Source: a virus (lineage: Duplodnaviria > Caudoviricetes). From it: a stretch of 36,643 nt of DNA. The notes below the pieces were generated by a model. The model searched no databases and was not told where the DNA came from. It saw nothing but the letters and a program-made list of their open reading frames with translations. Both the position numbers and the translations under genes were made by a program. Below are positions 34,301 through 36,643 of the stretch, one piece after another (the first letter of the stretch is position 1; each line of letters opens with the position of its first letter). The stretch is from positions 1 to 36,643 of the IMG/VR virus record IMGVR_UViG_3300005805_000225; one strand, written 5' to 3'.

Positions 34301-36209
34301 CATTACGAATAGCGTAACGAGGTCCGGCAAGGGTTAAGAAAGACCAGGCGCTAGTCATTCTGCTTGCAAAGTTACCGTTGGCAACTCCAAGCATCCACTG
34401 CGTAAATCCATTACGAGCCGCTGCAAGATCTAAGTCTGCAAGGGTAGGAACAGATACAAAGTCATTAAAATCAGAAGGCAATACGCCTTTGTCTGGGAAG
34501 GCATCATCTGCCTTACTCACAGAATGAATAGACTGTCCCTTACCTGAAAGATATCTAGCAAGAGCTTGTCCTGGAAGGGTAGTATTTAAGCCTCGCATCT
34601 CGGCAATGGTCTGCCAAAGGCCATAATAAACATCTTTACGCTTGCCGGTTTCTTCTATATTATCAAATGCTGCTGATAGCAACCTAGCCTCACGTCGAGG
34701 CATAATCAATACCGCTAGGCGATATATCTTTTCGCCAGCATCGGCTGCCCTTACATTCATAACATCATCTTGAAACATTGGCGCTAATACAAATTTAGCC
34801 TTGGCGCGATCAATACGATATTTGATTTTAGCAGTAGATAATCTAAAGATTCCCTTAGACTTCGTTGCTTCTGTTACCTTCTCAATTATCTGCTTCTTGC
34901 CATTGATTATGGTCTCAGCAATACCATCGGTATCTGTAGCGCCACCAAAGAACATATCATCAATAAGTTCTGGGCCAACAACATTTAGATTAAGTACTTT
35001 ACTTCCGGTAGTCAACGCTGCTACACGCAACCTGCGACCAGCAGACATACGTGGCAGTATTATGCGTTTGCGACCAATGCCACCTTTAATGATTTCGTCA
35101 GTCTGTTTTGCATTCTGAAAGAACGCTTTAGCAGTAATAGCGTTAGATACTCCGCCACCATCTGCATTTTGAAATGATTTGATTACGGCTGGACCAAACT
35201 CTGGTGCGAGAATCTCAAGGTCTCGTTTTGCTTGAAGAATAGCTTCAGGGTTCTTAGCGGTTTCGGCCTTCTTTAACTCTTCTAGTTTTGCGCCATAACG
35301 ATCCCAGAACTGAACTACCTGTGGCTTGGCAAATACTTCGTCTACCTTGTTTGCTCCAACGACAACATCAAGGGCGTACTTACTGGCATCGTATAGTCTC
35401 TTAACTTTTCCAGCAACTAATAACGGATCTGCGATGATTCGATAAGCAGCGTCAAAGAATCCTGATATAGTTTTGTAATATAAACCAGAACCTTCCATCT
35501 GTTCTGGGGTTACAAGGTTAGCAATGGCTCTTCCTGGAGAATACTTAGATGCCTGAACTGCATCTAGAGTATCTTGAAAGTTCTTACGAGCCGCTTCTAT
35601 TTCTTCTTCTGAGCCAAAGCCTGGAATAACTTTATTCCTTGCATCAGCAAGCATCACATACTTTTGCTGCTCAGGTCCTACTGACTTGAGAATCTTCTCA
35701 GGATCTTCACCTGCTGCAATACGCATAGCGATATTTACAGCAGCATTGCCATATTTAGCCTTTGCATTAGCAATGCGATTAGGATTAAAGACTTTATCGC
35801 CTTTATCATTGGCTAAAGTCCAAGCATCATCTAAATCTACATCTTGAGTTCCTGCAATAGCGAGAGTTCTATAGGCGCGAGTGCTAAAATCAGAGACATT
35901 ACCAAGGCCAGCAAGGGTCATACGACCGGCAGTTGCTAGACCTCGACCGACTAATCCGCCTGTATAGTGCCAAGCAGTGCCAAACCAGCCACGATTTGGC
36001 TTTATTGATGGGTCTTCTTCGCCAAAATTGTTTTTAAGGCTTTGCTTTTGAGCATCAGTTTTACGTTCGTAAGCCTTATTGGCTATATCGCTAGGCAAAT
36101 TAGATAGTTCTCTATGCGCCTTAAGGGCCTGATTAAACTGATCTATCTTCTTTTGCTCTTCTGGCGTAAGACCTGCAGCTAGTGCTGCCGCTTTTAGTTT
36201 ATCCGCCAT
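31329..36209 (-). CDS. Large probable internal virion/DNA-ejection protein, 1626 aa
   Basis: Largest ORF, helical, no tape-measure-type repeats; podovirus-like context. Confidence 0.55.
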   Translation of the reverse strand: MADKLKAAALAAGLTPEEQKKIDQFNQALKAHRELSNLPSDIANKAYERKTDAQKQSLKNNFGEEDPSIKPNRGWFGTAWHYTGGLVGRGLATAGRMTLAGLGNVSDFSTRAYRTLAIAGTQDVDLDDAWTLANDKGDKVFNPNRIANAKAKYGNAAVNIAMRIAAGEDPEKILKSVGPEQQKYVMLADARNKVIPGFGSEEEIEAARKNFQDTLDAVQASKYSPGRAIANLVTPEQMEGSGLYYKTISGFFDAAYRIIADPLLVAGKVKRLYDASKYALDVVVGANKVDEVFAKPQVVQFWDRYGAKLEELKKAETAKNPEAILQAKRDLEILAPEFGPAVIKSFQNADGGGVSNAITAKAFFQNAKQTDEIIKGGIGRKRIILPRMSAGRRLRVAALTTGSKVLNLNVVGPELIDDMFFGGATDTDGIAETIINGKKQIIEKVTEATKSKGIFRLSTAKIKYRIDRAKAKFVLAPMFQDDVMNVRAADAGEKIYRLAVLIMPRREARLLSAAFDNIEETGKRKDVYYGLWQTIAEMRGLNTTLPGQALARYLSGKGQSIHSVSKADDAFPDKGVLPSDFNDFVSVPTLADLDLAAARNGFTQWMLGVANGNFASRMTSAWSFLTLAGPRYAIRNATEDLMVGLAIGQSPWGLAKSRMLSTRLNTVMAGLTPKTGTRFERAAENPMGLLLRMVNKKDAERYRLEFDGLAERIEKTKEEISLLRATLKTTVDPIKKADIETKIADLAKTTQGGVVRQTREIFAKALTEGRINRFRDRLGLKPLNKEEADLLAEQIIYGDIENALSVVSEGGMNFATGNDYISRAIDFVRVNNVRTHALTVVPPEQRYVKKPGERQYTVQRIGTQDESSMVAWMMRIGYFANDPLGAIAIANLDNVDDAAILTKMVTWMKETPEGKQFLKDARLSNDLDARSIAQVALNRTKEVFVKGSIDVPNPVLNTELLNKIRVFNAEKGEWVVSGKISLDDLPKADADLPDYVVGPTLIPAVEIGQIASNLMTNGWTWLGLANARYSRQPLVLQEMIKIRGQMRKTGFEDAWVKSYLRGIDPSDTKKVAQATEKAKRDLAVVVEERAVGQTLAYVDNPLVRTQLAFSARNFARFYRATEDFYRRMYRVVKYNPEAIVKAALTYDGITHSGFVQRDDQGEAYFVYPGLAPVYNAVQSALSAIGIGDEFKTPFPVEFGAKLKMVTPSLNPEAIVPTFSGPIAGLSVGTISQIVNIFSPGAADTIKGYALGRYAEEQPFLSLILPAHINRIYAAMDQDDRNSQYSSAWRKAVTYLEASGNGIPKRYDEDGTLLPPTSEELESYRQRVKTTTLNILGTRFVFGFFAPASPQVQLKSDMAQWISDNGRANFKQLFNNLLDEYPGDYDAAIAKWIELYPNQMAFTVTESERKTIAPLRYAEEAGYFVNNNEELFKKYPKAAPFLIPHKSGFSWDAYQTMKEIGLIQNKRVDDYLRDVQTAADLQVYYDRKGQFEQGLENSFSDYGKTQLRKEYEAWKKVFFAGRPLVQEELSEGSAKAIQRLNTVDELEDMLDQNINIRTDVQDVLRQMVKVYSDYNIQRGNLEQYGSDVMVQNLKLNVRTKLRRLSEYNENTKAAFDVLFSRLPGIRE

Positions 36210-36614
36210 TTAATCGCCTCTAGATAATGCTTCTTGATAAAGAATTGCTATTTCTCCAGTGTTATCCAAAGGGATTAACTTAGCTAATGCGTCCGATGTT
36301 TTCTGTCCTATGCGATTCATACCTAATGCTTCTGGTCCTGGACCTTCGCCCATTGGGATGCCTGAAGTAATCGGTTCATCGGGACGCTCTGTTGGTGCAA
36401 ATAGTGGAGTTACTCTTTCAAGTTGGCTAGGAGCCATACCCATCTCTGATCGAGATTGTGGTCTTACATCTGGTGTCCTAGCGAGTGGAGCGCCTGATTG
36501 AATTGCGGCTGTCTCAACACCTTCGCCATAGGCGGCAGATGGAAGTCTCATTCCATCGGTTCTCTTGGAGAACTTGCCTGGACCGGCTGCACCTGCGAGT
36601 GGTCCTCTAGCCAT
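36210..36614 (-). CDS. Pro/Gly-rich virion-associated hypothetical protein, 134 aa
   Basis: ORF track; GGAGG RBS. Confidence 0.75.
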   Translation of the reverse strand: MARGPLAGAAGPGKFSKRTDGMRLPSAAYGEGVETAAIQSGAPLARTPDVRPQSRSEMGMAPSQLERVTPLFAPTERPDEPITSGIPMGEGPGPEALGMNRIGQKTSDALAKLIPLDNTGEIAILYQEALSRGD

Positions 36615-36643
36615 TGTTGTCCTCCATCGTTTCTAAATCTACT

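Noticed and set aside
31329-36209. Tape measure protein or virion RNA polymerase
   Set aside because: No tape-measure repeats or tail-assembly chaperone pair upstream, and no polymerase motifs recognisable by eye; a profile search would be needed to exclude the latter fully.

Overview
Most of the genome of a small tailed dsDNA phage, probably podovirus-like and infecting an actinobacterium (WhiB, GAAAGG-type Shine-Dalgarno sequences, a leaderless promoter). Layout: (1) 1-1326 (-), terminase large subunit running off the left edge plus a basic protein; (2) 1330-2110, a non-coding control region with hairpins, short repeats, a CRP-like site and two perfect DnaA boxes; (3) 2111-7351 (+), an early cluster of about 25 tiny, translationally coupled genes (ArdC-like, LPD29, Zn-finger microproteins, lytic transglycosylase) depleted of several 4-5 bp palindromes; (4) 7355-7421, a probable stand-alone small RNA; (5) 7420-13652 (-), replication and regulation (Ntn peptidase, Cas4-like exonuclease, WhiB, helicase, resolvase, split primase, DUF1599, sigma factor); (6) 14216-36614 (-), late genes (lysis, tail and fibre proteins, two glycosyltransferases, collagen fibre, basic proteins, capsid, scaffold, large probable internal virion proteins). 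No DNA polymerase, integrase, portal, tRNA or CRISPR array was seen in the window. The best candidate for a new system is the ~65-nt sRNA: it has its own sigmaA-type promoter and terminator, and its C/U-rich loop is complementary to the GAAAGGG ribosome-binding site used by early genes but not seen at late genes. All family assignments are from motif recognition by eye; no searches were run.
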